In this document: in pieces, positions 24,674 through 37,918 of the stretch
Layout of the letters: every line of letters begins with the position of its first letter
Numbering within the stretch: the stretch's first letter is position 1
Notes under the pieces: generated by a model
Told to the model about the DNA's origin: nothing
The model's database searches: none
Seen by the model: only the letters and a program-made list of their open reading frames with translations
Position numbers and translations under genes: made by a program
Assembly: GCA_043228905.1 (NCBI GenBank)
Contig: JBHGNT010000009.1
Coordinates: 7,130,001 to 7,194,000, forward strand
Origin: Azolla caroliniana
Lineage: Eukaryota > Plantae > Polypodiophyta
Direction: 5' to 3'
Length of the DNA: 64,000 nucleotides

Positions 24674-27120
24674 TGAAAGGAACTAGCACGGAAGTATTGC
24701 TCGGTCACAACCGAGTATCAAATCACTCTATGAAGGACCAAACACAGAAATGGGAAATAGGTATGATGAATGCGCGTACAAAAAACAACGATAGAGACAC
24801 ACAGGATGTTTACATGGAAAACCCTAATAGGGAAAAACCACGGGAGCCCACAGACTCGAAACTATCACTATATAAGAAAGGTACAATCAAACACTCGGAG
24901 GCAAAGACCTCGAGCTGTGTATCTTCGCCAAGCGGCGGTTACAACAGAGTATCGCTCTGTATCTCTTCTCTATCTATAACAATATACACATACAACAATA
25001 TGACACCACACACACTTCTGTGATTGCCCTAGGTCATATTTATACTCATATGAACTTAGGGCTATTTACAAATATAGCCTCAATAGGCTTACTCAAAAAC
25101 ATATTTACAAATATGTCTTCCCTTCCAGTTCTCACCGGGTCCTCTTCATTTATAACCGGATCCCATCCGGAGGGACTAGCTTCCCAACAAACTCCCCCTT
25201 CACTCTAGAATGGGATGTCTCATCAGCCCGATCCGCTTTCAGCACGTGTCCCGCTTGTCGGTTTTCAACACCTTGGTCAACATATCCGACCTGTTCTCCT
25301 CCATGTGGATCTTCGTCAGCACGAACTCTTGATCTTCTACTCTCTCCTAGATCCAGTGATACCTCCGCAGGATATGTTTCGTCTGGGAATTGTAGACCGC
25401 GTTCTTTGCAAGGTGGATGGCACTTTGACTATCGTAGTAGAGTTGTTATTCCTCCTGTTGGATCCCTAGCTCTCCGATGAAGTCCTTCATCCAGATTATC
25501 TCCTTGCCAGCTTCCACAGCTGCCATGTACTCCGCTTACATTGTTGACAGTGCAACCGACTTCTGCAGCCTCGACTGCCATGATACAGCTACCCTTGCAT
25601 AAGTCATCACATATTTGGATTTAGACCGGCTGGTATCCGCATCAGCCGACATATCCGAATCTGTGAATCCGTCAAGTTGGGGTTTACCGGAGCCAAACCG
25701 GTGGCACATACTCGAGGTGCCTTTCAGATATCGGAGTATCCACTTCACCGCGTTCCAATGCTCTCTTCCCGGATTGCTCATGAACCGGCTGACTACTCTG
25801 ACAACATATGCAATATCCAATCGGGTGCACACCATTGCGTACATTAAGCTTCCGATGGCAGAGGCATATGGTATCTTCATCATATCCAACTTCTCTGCCT
25901 TTGTCTTCGGGCTCTGCTTCCCGGACAACTTGCAATTTGCCGGAAGTGTCGATCCGACCGGTTTCGCCTCCGACAGTTGAACCTTTCGAGTACCTTTGTC
26001 ACGTTCTTTTCCTGTGACAACCACAACAGCTTCCTCGACCAGTCCCGGATGATGTGCATTCCCAATATCTGTCTTGCTAGACCCAAGTCTTTCATTGAGA
26101 AGGTCTAGTTCAGAGCCTTCTTCAGCAACCTAATCTTGACTTGGTCTCGTCCGATGATCAACATATCATCCACAGATAGGAGTATCAGGAAATCTCCTCA
26201 GTCAAATTTCTTCACAAACATGCAATGATCGGCCTGCGTCTTGTGGTCATGAAGGAGTCGAACTTTCGGAACCATTGCCGGGGAGCTAGCTTCAATCCTT
26301 ATAAGCTCTTCGCCAGCCGTCACACCAGGTGCTCCTTCCCTTTCTTCTCAAATCCTTCCGGTTGATGCATGTAGATCTCTTTCTTTGAGGTCACCATGTA
26401 CGAATGTCGTCTTGACGTCTAGTTGCTCTACCTCGAGGTCCATGCTTTCCACTATGCTCAATACCGTCTGAATAGATGTCATCTTTACTACTAGAGCAAA
26501 AATCTCATCGAAGTCTACTCCCTTCTTCTGTTGGAAACCCTTCACTAAAATTCAGGCTTTGATCTCGGTGGGTTTCTAGCATCTCCCAGTTTCAGCTTGT
26601 ACACCCACTTGTTCTGGAGTGCTCTCTTCCCTTTCGGAAACCCCATCAGTTCATACGTGTGGTTCTCATGTAGTGAATCCATCTCGTCCTACATGGAACT
26701 CAACCATTTGCGCCTATGGGTGTCTTTCTTTGCTTCTTCGAAGCTTTCCGGCTCCCCCTCATCGGTTAGCAATACATTCTCCGCATCCGGGAATCTCCAG
26801 GGGCTCTTGTCTCTCGGAGAGGGTATCTCCGTCTTTGGTCTTCGGCAACCGGTTCCTCCGTCTGTTCCTCATCCTCATACGATTTGGGATCTTGTCCGGT
26901 TCCAGTGTCTTCTTCTTCTTCTTCTGTTGGTTTGGTTTCTTGTCCGTATCCGGCCGGTTCGTCGAGTGTCCTCCGGTTGCCGGCCAACATCCGGTTTTCA
27001 ACCGGGTACGTCCTTGTGTCCTCAAACCGGTTTTCATTGGATGATCTAGAGTTCATCATCTACTTCCCTGACTCCCAGTTGGCACTGGTCCTGTCTTCCA
27101 TGAAGACTATGTCCTGACTC
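24674..27120 (-). mobile_element. Ty1/copia A4, 5'-truncated (3' LTR 24674-25189, RH, RT, end of integrase)
   Basis: PPT AGAGTGAAGGGGGAGTT at ~25206-25190; ORFs 25536-26024, 26348-26545 and 26766-27059 are homologous to A1 and A3. Confidence 0.82.
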
Positions 27121-28511
27121 TTCAATAAAAAGAAATGAGTAGAAATTATAACAAGTGTATGATGTATTCGAAGTTGCCTTAAAGAAATCTTATTTTGATC
27201 TCAAAAAGTAATGGAACGTAAACCTTTCCAATACAATTTTGCATGCCATTAATAATGTGGAAGGTTCCCTTTGAGGATGTCGCATCAAATAACATCTTCA
27301 CTAGATTAATGAAGATCCTTACAAGTTTCTTCATAAAATTATCCATCTACTTGCAATTGCATATTTCGTGTGTGTTGATTTTAGATTATGTTACGAAACC
27401 TTTGAGGCTTCCACATTGCAATAAGTGGAGCAATAACTTCTTTTGTGTGTTGATGTATGATGTGTGTTACGGGCATGACCATATAATCTCCTGTGTGAGA
27501 TTTTACCGTAGTATTCTATACACGTTGTCGTGCCTTTCGGCATCAGATCGTTTGCGTGAGTCGGGTGGGAACCGTTGGGGTTTTGGACTAGGAAGAGGAA
27601 GAATTTCAGACGATTTTAATTATGAATAGATTATTATAAACTTGCGAATCCCACAAGTATAATATATTTTATTAATCAGTATTTAGATAAGAATATGTAT
27701 TTAGATTGAAAGAAAGATATAAGAAATCTCGTGAATCCCACGAGTATAGTTTATTAATTGGTGTTTTAGGAAATATATCCAATTTCCCAAATATTTTTCA
27801 CACCTATTACATTGTACTCCCCATCCTTATGTAGTGATGAGGGAGTCTTAGGAATCCATGCTTTGTTTTTCTCTAACTATAGACTCCATGTTTTTCCTAT
27901 AGATAGACTATATGCTTTATCTAAAGTGATTATTCTTTTTCTAACTTGTGCGTTTTTTATCAACTATAGCGTTCATGCACGCTAGATGTGCATGCATAGC
28001 TTTTTCTTTTAGCATGTGTTTTTCTTTTAACTAAAGTTTATCCTACGTGAACTTACCTTTTTTATGTGGGACATCTACTTTTTAACATGAATGAAATGCT
28101 AGTGTAATGGTAAGACATTACATTATTACCATGGAGGTACAAGATTCAAATTTTGCCCTATGCATGTAATGCTTATTTTGATATATTTTTTTCTTTTTTT
28201 TTTCTTCATATTTATTCAATCGGTTATTTTATATTATTTTCACGTAGTGTACGAAATACACTACGACACTCGCCCCCTCCGAACCTGCACATCCTCCGGT
28301 ATGTGCCGAAGTTGTCGGTGATTGTTAGTCTCGTCCGTCCGTTCTCCGTATGGTTGGTTTCGTTGCCGGTCTCCGGTTTTTGGTTGCTGACTCCGCCCGG
28401 TTTCCGGTTCAGTTCGGTTGTTGGCTCTGTCCGGTCTTCGGTTACCGATCCTCATAATTCTTCGTTACTTGTTGTACCCTCCGTTCCTCTCGCCATGTCA
28501 GCTTTGTCTCT

Positions 28512-30245
28512 CTATTTTGAACACAACCATTCTTTCCACCCAACCCATTTTCGCCATCCAATCCACCATATTCTTCCTTCATTCTTTGCATTGCCATGAG
28601 TGGTTGTCATGGTCCCTTGTGGTCCTCTTGAGTATCTCGGCGTACTGTCTCTCTCCATTCCGCACTTGTCTTCTGTAGGTTCTACCCACGTGTCGATGTC
28701 AACCTCCGAATACGCGCTCGTTGTTAGGTCCTTGTGCGACTTTAATGCATGTTTCATTTCTCATTGTTGTGCATGCGTTGTATTACGCCGTAGCGCATGC
28801 TTCGTATTCCATCGTAGTGCATGCGTCGTATTACCCCGTAGTGCATGCTTCTTTTTGCACCGTAGCACGTGCTTCTTTTTGCGCCATAGCACGTGCTCTG
28901 TATTACGTGCTTCTCCCGTCGTAGACCCGACCTTTGCGTTGTCGTGCTTTTGTTTACATCGGAATTTCGGACGGATCATCTTCCATCCGAACCGGCTTCC
29001 GACTTTACCTTCCTTGCCGCCACCTCTCGTCTCTCCGGTCTCACGTTGGTTCTCGGACGCAACCGCCGAAGTCTCTAGGATTAGTGCACATGACCCCTCG
29101 GTATTATCATCCTTTGTCATTTCAACCATAGCCACCTTTTCAGCTATCTCTCCGTCGTATGCATCGGCTTCAGCCTTCGTTTTCTCTCCGCCATCTTCCG
29201 TCTCTTCGGTCTCACGTTGCTTTTCGAACGCAACCGCCGGAGTCTCTGGAATCAATGGTGGGGAAGTCTCGATATGGCCATCCACCATTGATTCGTCCAT
29301 AGCCACCTTCGATTCGATGTCATCTTTCGTGGCGACCTCCTAAATCAAGTCCTCGTTGCTCTCTTTCATTGCATCAATTATGCAAACATCAATTATGCTT
29401 ACCCCTTTTTCACCTGATGTTTCAGACACTTGTATTCCAAAATCTTCTTCTACACTTAGGTTATCGGCCTTATCCTTCGCCGTCGTTCTTTCGCAAGACA
29501 AGAGGGTAGCTTGTTTTACACCCTCTTCCGTCGCACCATCATGTTGTATTTCGGCCTTCATAACGTCTCCATCGTTTGTCTTCAATCGACCATCCTTCAT
29601 CGGCCATGTCGTTGACAAGATTCTCATCTTCCTCTCATCATGTCTCCGGCATACCCTTTCGACTTTGGCCCAATCCTCGGTAAGACCGTTCACACCGTCA
29701 TCATCTTCGAGTTCGATCCCGATGTCCATCCTTTCTTTTCGATCGATCGATTTTACGAACATTAGGACTTTCTCCTCCCCCACCAATCTTTGTTCCCGCT
29801 TCGAGAGTCGAGCAAAACGATGCTCGAACTCTAGGAATACTTGTGTTGCACTCTGGTAGGTCTTCTCCGATGCCACCCATTCGTCGAATTCTCGCCGATC
29901 TTGTCCCTTCGATCTCTTGAAATCATATGCCTCTCGTAAAGCTTCTTCAAAGGACTCCCATGTCAGGTTTTGTTGCCCTATTTTGTGGATTCTCTCTTGT
30001 AACTCATCTGTGACTACTCGATTGAAAGATGTCACTTGCAATCCTTCCGGTATCCCACATCGCAACATCTCGGCCTTGTATTCGCATAGATAGTGTGACA
30101 CATCCTTTCCGTCGAATTCCCCGTTTCTTTGCACAAGCCGCGCTACTGCCGATTTCATCTCCAACATTGTGCGTTGCTCTTCTTGCATCCGCTTAATCAT
30201 CATCATAATCATCATCATATTCATCGCTTCTTGTAGATTCTCCAT
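28512..30245 (-). pseudogene. gag: Gag-like ORF with a long acidic, repetitive C-terminal extension and two in-frame stops
   Basis: ORFs 29340-30266, 28761-29306 and 28512-28757 share one frame, separated by single TAG and TGA codons. The N-terminal half resembles G1/G2 gag (GEFDGKDVSHYL vs GRFSGKDATSYL). Confidence 0.78.
28771..28910. repeat. 24-bp coding tandem repeat (about 6 units, H(A/V)LRxxxx)
   Basis: Units resembling GCATGC.TCGTATTAC..CGTAG; the protein reads KHALRGNTTHALRWNTKHALRRNTT. Confidence 0.8.
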
Positions 30246-32231
30246 CTCCTTACCACCCGCCTTCACGTCGGGTTCACCACTTGTGTCGTGCCTTTCGGCG
30301 TCAGATCGTTTGCGTGAGTCGGGTGGGAACCGCTGGGGTTTTGGACTAGGAAGAGGAAGAATTTCGGACGATTTTAATTATGAATAGATTATTATAAACT
30401 TGCGAATCCCACAAGTATAATATATTTTATTAATCAGTATTTAGATAAGAATATGTATTTAGATTGAAAGAAAGATATAAGAAATCTCGTGAATCCCACG
30501 AGTATAGTTTATTAATTGGTGTTTTAGGAAATATATCCAATTTCCCAAATATTTTTCACACCTATTACATTGTGTTCCCCATCCTTATGTAGTGATGAGG
30601 GAGTCTTAGGAATCCATGCTTTGTTTTTCTCTAACTATAGACTCCATGCTTTTCCTATAGATAGACTATATGCTTTATCTAAAGTGATTATTCTTTTTCT
30701 AACTTGTGCGTTTTTTATCAACTATAGCGTTCATGCACGCTAGATGTGCATGCGTAGCTTTTTCTTTTAGCATGCGTTTTTCTTTTAACTAAAGTTTATC
30801 CTACGTGAACTTACGTTTTATATGTGGGACATCTACTTTTTAACATGAATGAAATGCTAGTGTAATGGTAAGATATTACATTATTAACATGGAGGTACAA
30901 CGCTCGAATCTTGCCCTATGCATGTAATGCTTCTTTTGATATATTTTTTTCTTTTTTTTTTCTTCATATTTATTCAATCGGTTATTTTATATTATTTTCA
31001 CGTAGTGTACAAAATACACTACCACAACGTGGATAAGTGTGAGCGTTAAACGAGAGTGTAAAGAAGGGGAGGATTACTTTTAATCCTCGGGATTGAGACA
31101 ACCCATTAGGCTAAGTGTGAACTTGCCTGGGGGCCTTGGGTCTTGCTATAAATATGAGGCCTAGGTACCCTCATTTCATCATATGTTTACTACCTCGAGA
31201 TTCAAACAATGTGGTGGGTCAACTCTTCTAGCAAGCGCACAAACACTGGGTCCGACTTGACACCACATCGGTAGTATGGGATGTCGATCGAGGCTCGAGT
31301 CCGTCTCGATCGCTTCGCTTGGGGGTGATAGGGTGGATCGACACCCTTTTTTCTCTCTCGCCTTTCTTATATCATATATATTATATCCTTATCATATGCT
31401 TACATTAGATCATCACTCTAACAATTGGTATCAGAACACGTGCATATGGCTTCTTCGGTTCTTTCCTTTTTTTCTCTTGTAAATGGCTTTACGAAAAATG
31501 ACGGTTCATTATGATGCTCATTAGGTCTAATGACACATACCTCAAGAGCACTATGAGATTGCCAAAGTTCGGACATCTGATGCGTGGCTGAATTAAGGAA
31601 ATTTTGTATTTGTATCAAATACGACTCAATGGGGATTGGCCTAGAGGAGAATTTCCTTGAATTGCTTCCGCTTTAGCTGATGACGTCGGGTCGTTATTAT
31701 GAGCCATTGAATGATAATTTCTAGCAAAGAAATAAGATAAAGTCAAACAAATAGTCATAACATCATGTCGTGATCTAAACATATCATGGGCAAACATTAA
31801 TCGATATCATGATCTCACGTCAATACCCCTCTAGACGTATGAGATGAGGTTCAAGATCAGGTTACTATGGTAATATAAAGGTGTTTTAAAAACCATGGGG
31901 GTGACAAATGAATGTCTTTCCCTAATTTCTATATCGATTTTTTCATGGCGGCTCCCCGAGGCTCAACCATGTATGTTCACGTCATGAATAGTTTATACAC
32001 GAAAAAATGCTAACAATAAACTATGTTTCTATAACCAGGAATGTGGTTTCGGCTCTTTAAGTCCTATTACGAGGACCCCGAAGTGCAATTAGACCTAAAG
32101 TCTAAACATGTGTTATAGTCATATATGTATCAACAATCCCTCTAGTAACCCACAATGAGGTGACTCTTTTTCTCAGCAACACATATTATATCTCATTCTC
32201 TACTTCACAAACTTTCCCATAATATATACAT

Positions 32232-35200
32232 TGTTGAGAGATCAAGCTCAACTTAGTTTAGTTATTTAGTTAACCATGTAACTTCGTAGCTACCTAGATA
32301 GAATCTAGTTAGAAGTGTTGACTATAACGCCTTAAATAGGACCTTGTACTTAAGAGGGATATTCTAGATCCTCCACTCCCCAAGGCTCAACCATGTATGT
32401 TCATGTCATGAATAGTTTATACATGAAAAAATGCTAACAATAAACTATGTTTCTGTAACCACGAATGTGGTTTCAACTCTTTAAGTCTTATTACGAGGAC
32501 CCCGAAGTGCACTTAGACCTAAAGTCTAAACATGTGTTATAGTCATATGTATCAACAATCCCTCTAGTAGCCCACAATGAGGAGGTGACTCTTTTTCTCA
32601 GCAACACATATTATACCTCATTCTCTACTTACAAGTGTGTACCTATATTCTACTAACACATGTGCACTGTTGCACATGAGATCTATATATACCTCATACA
32701 AGGTATTTTTGTAACTTGATGATGTTTTATAATATACACTCTAGTTTATCATCCCCCATCTTGTCTTTGCGTTCATAAGTGTAACTTCCTCTCTCTCTTC
32801 CTCTCACACACATACACACACATATCACTTGAACTTCTGCTTAACTTAATCACATAATTAGGTACTAATTAACCCTTGCTTAATTACCTAATTATTAACA
32901 TGGTATCAGAGCGTGTGGTTTAGCACATCCACTAATCCCATCCACCTCTTCATACTAGTGTGTTCAAGATGCCAACGATAAAATCCGGCTATCGGCTACC
33001 GTAGTGCTGCTACGTAGCACGTGTACGTGATCGAACGAAGAAAAGAAAAAGAAGAGAAGACACTAATCAACATGAGCACACAAATGGGTAGCTCACTCCC
33101 TAATGAAAAGCTAGACCGGAACAATTATTCATCTTGGGAGTACAAGATGACCCAATACCTCGTCGGCCAAGGGTATTGGAGCTACATCAGCGGCGCTCAA
33201 GAAAATCAACCCAACCCAAAGAACATTGAGTACTCAACATGGGAGCAAGCGGCGTGTCGAGTCATGTATTGCTTGGCAACATGTGTCCATGACCACATGC
33301 TTAGCCACATTCGAGACGCCTAGATGCCCAAAGAGGTGTGGGAGAACTTAAAGAAAATGTCCGCCGCCAACACGAGTTGAACAACATTCGGCAAAAAGAC
33401 ATGTCTGTGTCGAACTACACAGCCAAGATCAAGAGCATTTGCGACTCACTTGGCTCCATCCAAATAAACGTCGATGAAGACGAGATGGTTCAAGTATGTT
33501 TGGGCGGCCTCGCACAAAGATTCGATCAATTACGGATGGCAATCTTGGCGAGAGAAAACCATCCTTCATTCTTCGACCTCCAATTAATGCTATTGGTCGA
33601 AGAGAACCACGTCCAAACCAAGACGAAGACGTCGGAAGGAAACATGTTCTTCTCAAATTCGGACGATGGACGAGGACGAGGTCACGGTGGTAGAAGAGGC
33701 CAATTCGGCCCATCACACAAAGGGAACTCAAACCTTCACGGAAGCCATCAAGGAACCTTTAGAAGAAGGGGGAGCTTCCATGCCGAGCAAGGTCGGCAAA
33801 CGAGGCCCACAACTTGCAACTATTGCGGCAAAATCGGCCACCGCGAGGAGGAGTGCCAAAAAAGAAGAAATGAGTCGGCTTCCACAAGTCGACAACTCAC
33901 GAATTACGTCGTCAACTCAGAATAGGATGATTATGGCGGACTATTCGTAATGAGGCATAGAGCGAACTATATGCTGGCCTCCAACTCCGCAAGTGCCTCC
34001 AACTCGGAAGACGTGTGGTTCGTCGATTCCGGTTCCTCACATCACATGACATCTCACGAAGAGTGGTTTTGTGATTTACGAACGCCGGATCGACCCAACT
34101 TCATAGAGACATGAGACAACACCACACATCCCATTCGACACATCGGCAATGTCCCATTCAGGAAAGAAGGCGAACAAACTTGCATCAAGAATGTCTTGCA
34201 CGTGCCCACAATAATAAAGAATTTGGTCTCCGTCGGCCAAATCGTGGAGCAAGGCATGCAAGTCCGCTTCAACAACGAAGGATGCTTCATCGAGAAAGAT
34301 GGCCGACTCATAGCTAAGGGGCAGAGAGACGGCCGAATGTTCATCCTCGATTTGAACGAGGTAAAATCGGCAATGTACACTAAAAGAGAATCAGCCACAT
34401 AAACCTCCAACGGCTTCGAGCTATGCAAACAAAGTCGTCATTGGACTTCCGACATTCGAATCGAAACGAGTCGACCGAGTATGCGAAGCGTGTCAACTCG
34501 CAAACAACATCGACTCCCATTCCCAAAGGAGAGCCACGCGAGCAAAGGCCTCCTCGACATCATACACTCGGATGTATGGGGACCGGCTCAAACACCGACG
34601 ATCGGTGGATGCCGATTCTACGTCACCTTCATCGACGACTACTTGCGCTACGCGTCGATCTTCCCGATCAAGAAGAAGAACGAAGTGCTCTCCCACTTCC
34701 AAAAGCTTTAAGGCCAAGTTGAAAAAGAAACTGGTCGGCACATTCGATGCCTACGATCGGATGGAGGCAAGGAGTACTTCTCCGATGAATTCACCTCCTA
34801 CCTCCAAAGTGAAGGAATTCGGAGAGAATTCTCATGCCGACACACACCCCAACAAAATGGAGTCACCGAAAGGAAAAATCAGCAAATACTCGAGGTAGCA
34901 CGTGCCATGATGCATGAGAAGCACATGCCAAATTTCTATTGGGCCGAAGCGGCATCCACGACCGTCTCTCTCATGAACCGGTGCACCACTAATGGAGTGC
35001 ATGAGCTAACTCCATACGAGCTCCTCGTCAAAAGGAAGTTGATCCTGTCGCACCTCAAGGTGTTCGGAAGCATTGCGAATGTACGCATCCCGAACGAAAG
35101 CCGACAGAAGCCCGACGCAAAGTCGGAGGAATGTATCCTCAAAGGATACTCGTCCGAGAAGAACGCATACAAGTGCTACAACCCTTCTACCCGAGCGGTT

Positions 35201-36333
35201 TGGGTAAGTCGAGACGTAGTCTTCGACGGGTCCGCATCCTGATACACACCAGAGACAACTTCGACTCTGACTCCAGTCGACCCGAAATCCACCGTACAAG
35301 AGGTAGAAGATGGAGATCACTTTGAACACATGTTTCAAGAAAGTCCGATTACGGCAAGGTCTAGTGGGCCACTAGAGCCCCCACGCGACCCAACCACGTC
35401 GTGGCCAACTACGAACTTGGACAAAGGCAAAGGTAAGATGCCCGAATATGAAGTCAACCACCCCAATGACAATCATTTGGATGGATCAGCTCCCTCACAG
35501 ACAGTGAGTTTGATGTACCCATCATGTGTACACCCGGAGTAAAGAAGGTGCTCACATTGGCGAGAGAAAAACTTCGACGCTCTTCTAGAGAGAAGAATCC
35601 CGTCACTCGACTCGGCTACAACGAGTATATGGCCCATCATTACGCCTTCACGATGAAGGTAGCAGTCGAACAAGAGCTCGAGAGCTCTACAAAACTGTCT
35701 TGTAACCCATGATGGGTGAAAGCAGTCGGCCAATTTCACTCGACAAGCCTTCATCACAGGCTTTAGGGGGAGGAACCGAAACTGACACAAAGAAGTCGAT
35801 GCTGAAAGAAACAATACCGGTCATCCAAAGCCGAAGCCGATTCAACCGAATCGAAGATTAGAACATCGAAAGCCAAAGCGGACATCAGATGCCCCGTACT
35901 TGAGCTTGAGGGGGTGTGTTGAGATATCAAGCTCAATTTAGTTTAGTTAGTTACCTAGATAGAATCTAGTTAGAAGTGTTGACTATAACGCCTTAAATAG
36001 GACCTTGTACTTAAGTGGGATATTCTAGATCCTCCACTCCCAAGTACATTAAATATAGGAATTACAAGTTTGTACCTATATTCTACTCACACATGTGCAC
36101 TGTTGCACATGAGATCTATATATACCTCATACAAGGTATTTTTGTAACTTGATGATGTTTTATAATATACACTCTAGTTTATCATCCCCCATCTTGGCTT
36201 TGAGTTCATAAGTGTAACTTCCACTCTCTCTTCCTCTCACACACACACATGCACATATCATTTGATCTTCCACTTAACTTAATCACATAATTAGGTACTA
36301 ATTAACCCTTGCTTAATTACCTAATTATTAACA
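32232..36333 (+). mobile_element. Ty1/copia element C (Ale-like), decayed, with RT/RH deleted
   Basis: TSD TACAT (32227-31 / 36334-38). LTRs 32232-32900 and 35917-36333; PBS TGGTATCAGAGC 32901-32912 abuts the LTR; PPT TTGAGGGGGTG. gag knuckle CNYCGKIGHREEEC and integrase are present. Confidence 0.9.
32385..32630 (+). repeat. ~250-bp copy of upstream flank (31961-32205) inserted in the 5' LTR of C
   Basis: Near-identical to 31952-32205 and absent from the 3' LTR. Confidence 0.9.
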
Positions 36334-37918
36334 TACATCATATGAGGAGAACATGCCTCTCTCATATATTTCATGTTATCATTTTCATCCAATCCATGAT
36401 CTTATGGTGGCTCTTGCTCTTTTAACACAGTTAATGTCATGCAACTAGTTATTGACCACTCAATATATGTAAGGATAGAGGTAATTAGATTGGTGCTCTT
36501 TGTAAATATTTGTGGATGACTTGATTATAAAGAGAGTTTCAGTGCCTCAAATCAAGTGCATGAAGATGTCCACAGAGCCAAAATATCATATGAAAGACTT
36601 ATAGGGTTCTACTACATCCATGATATTGAGGTAATTAGAGCACCTCCAAGGATTGGCTTACGAAATGACAATTGATGCATAATTAACATCCTAAAGAGAT
36701 ACGAGATATTGAACCTCAAATCAACTATAGTATTATTAGAATAAAGAAGCTTAAGGAATGGGCTTGATGAAGAATCAAATTCTATATTTTAACTACGCAA
36801 TTCGGTTATGCATAGGAAATTAATTAGTTTCAAATAGAAAATAAAATTTATATGTTCAAGAAAAGGAGAAATATTTAAAAAATGGGGATGAGTGTTGGAT
36901 GGAAACCATTCCCATACCACATTCTAGATACATGAGGAACAACCCAATAGTGGGATGGTGCAAGTCTTATAATAAATTTAAATGATGATGTGATCACAAG
37001 GACAAGGAGACACCTACCATTTCTCAATTCACATGCTTCGTCTTTGATTGAGAACACAACAACCTTGATGCTTCATCATTGTCCACTAAAAAACAATTGA
37101 TGCTTTTAAATCATCTATTACCCTCTTCAACTTTGCACATAACGATTGTCATAAATGTTTATTCCAAAACCTTGACAAATAACTTTTGTAGGGTACTTGT
37201 AATCCAACCAAACCCTTCTAGCATGAAAGTGAACTTCCTCTCTTGCTTCAGTGCAAACATGGGATACATCATTAAAATAAGATGTAGATGTATCCGATAA
37301 ATATCTCCTGTATGATCTAATGATGGTTCGGATGGGTGGATGTGGCACCGAGATCTTTGATATAGTGTTGCACTATATTAGAGTTAGCGCATGCCAATCC
37401 ATCCTGTGCTATTCTTGTTCACCCTACACTCTGGTTGGTGGAGATGTGCAGCTATATATTCCAACTATTTAGGTCTCAACAATAACTGATCTTTGTGTGG
37501 GAGGTTGTGCGAAGATGACTAGACTACAAAAAGAATGGAATATGATGGAAGAATGTGTCTCCTCGTGTTATGATGATGTGGAGTAGAGTAAACCAACTAT
37601 TTGTGTACCAATATTTGTAATGTGACCAATCCATATTGTCCCTTTATGTTATGTCCTAGTAGTGGATTTATATCAATAGCACGCCCACAAAGCCCTTAGG
37701 GAGCACACCATAATGGCCAAACAATGATACCCTTATATAAATGGACATTAGCATGACATGATCCACTCCATAAAGAGAAATTAAATTTATTAGAGGAATT
37801 TTATCCCGAGTACATCGAAGAGAATGCCACATTAGACTTGTCATTGATATTGATGACAAGTATATATATCAAGCCTCATAGTTCCACATTGGGCCAAATT
37901 ATTGACATCTACCAAAGT

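Larger units (their letters stand above)
27526..31026 (-). mobile_element. Non-autonomous Gag-only LTR retrotransposon (TR-GAG-like), tRNA-Trp gypsy group
   Basis: Two 743-bp LTRs (27526-28268, 30284-31026; about 97% identical by eye) and TSD ACGT. PBS TGGTGAACCCGACGTGAA at 30279-30262; PPT GGAGGGGGCGAG next to 28268. No PR, RT or INT in the 2-kb interior. Confidence 0.92.
27465..31435 (+). mobile_element. Old LTR with tRNA-iMet PBS, interrupted by the Gag-only element
   Basis: Probable TG start at 27465, CA end at 31423, then TGGTATCAGA at 31426-31435. The downstream internal sequence is not recognisable. Confidence 0.5.

Noticed and set aside
28600-29859. Long + strand ORFs (247 and 167 aa) and similar antisense ORFs such as 4360-4953, 17894-18508, 20020-20622 and 62878-63673
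   Set aside because: Shadow frames opposite retroelement coding sequence; no independent motifs.
36340-37900. Possible old transposon or gene remnants in AT-rich stretches (also 27121-27460, 31440-31950, 40000-41900)
   Set aside because: Only short ORFs with no motif I can support; a database search is needed.
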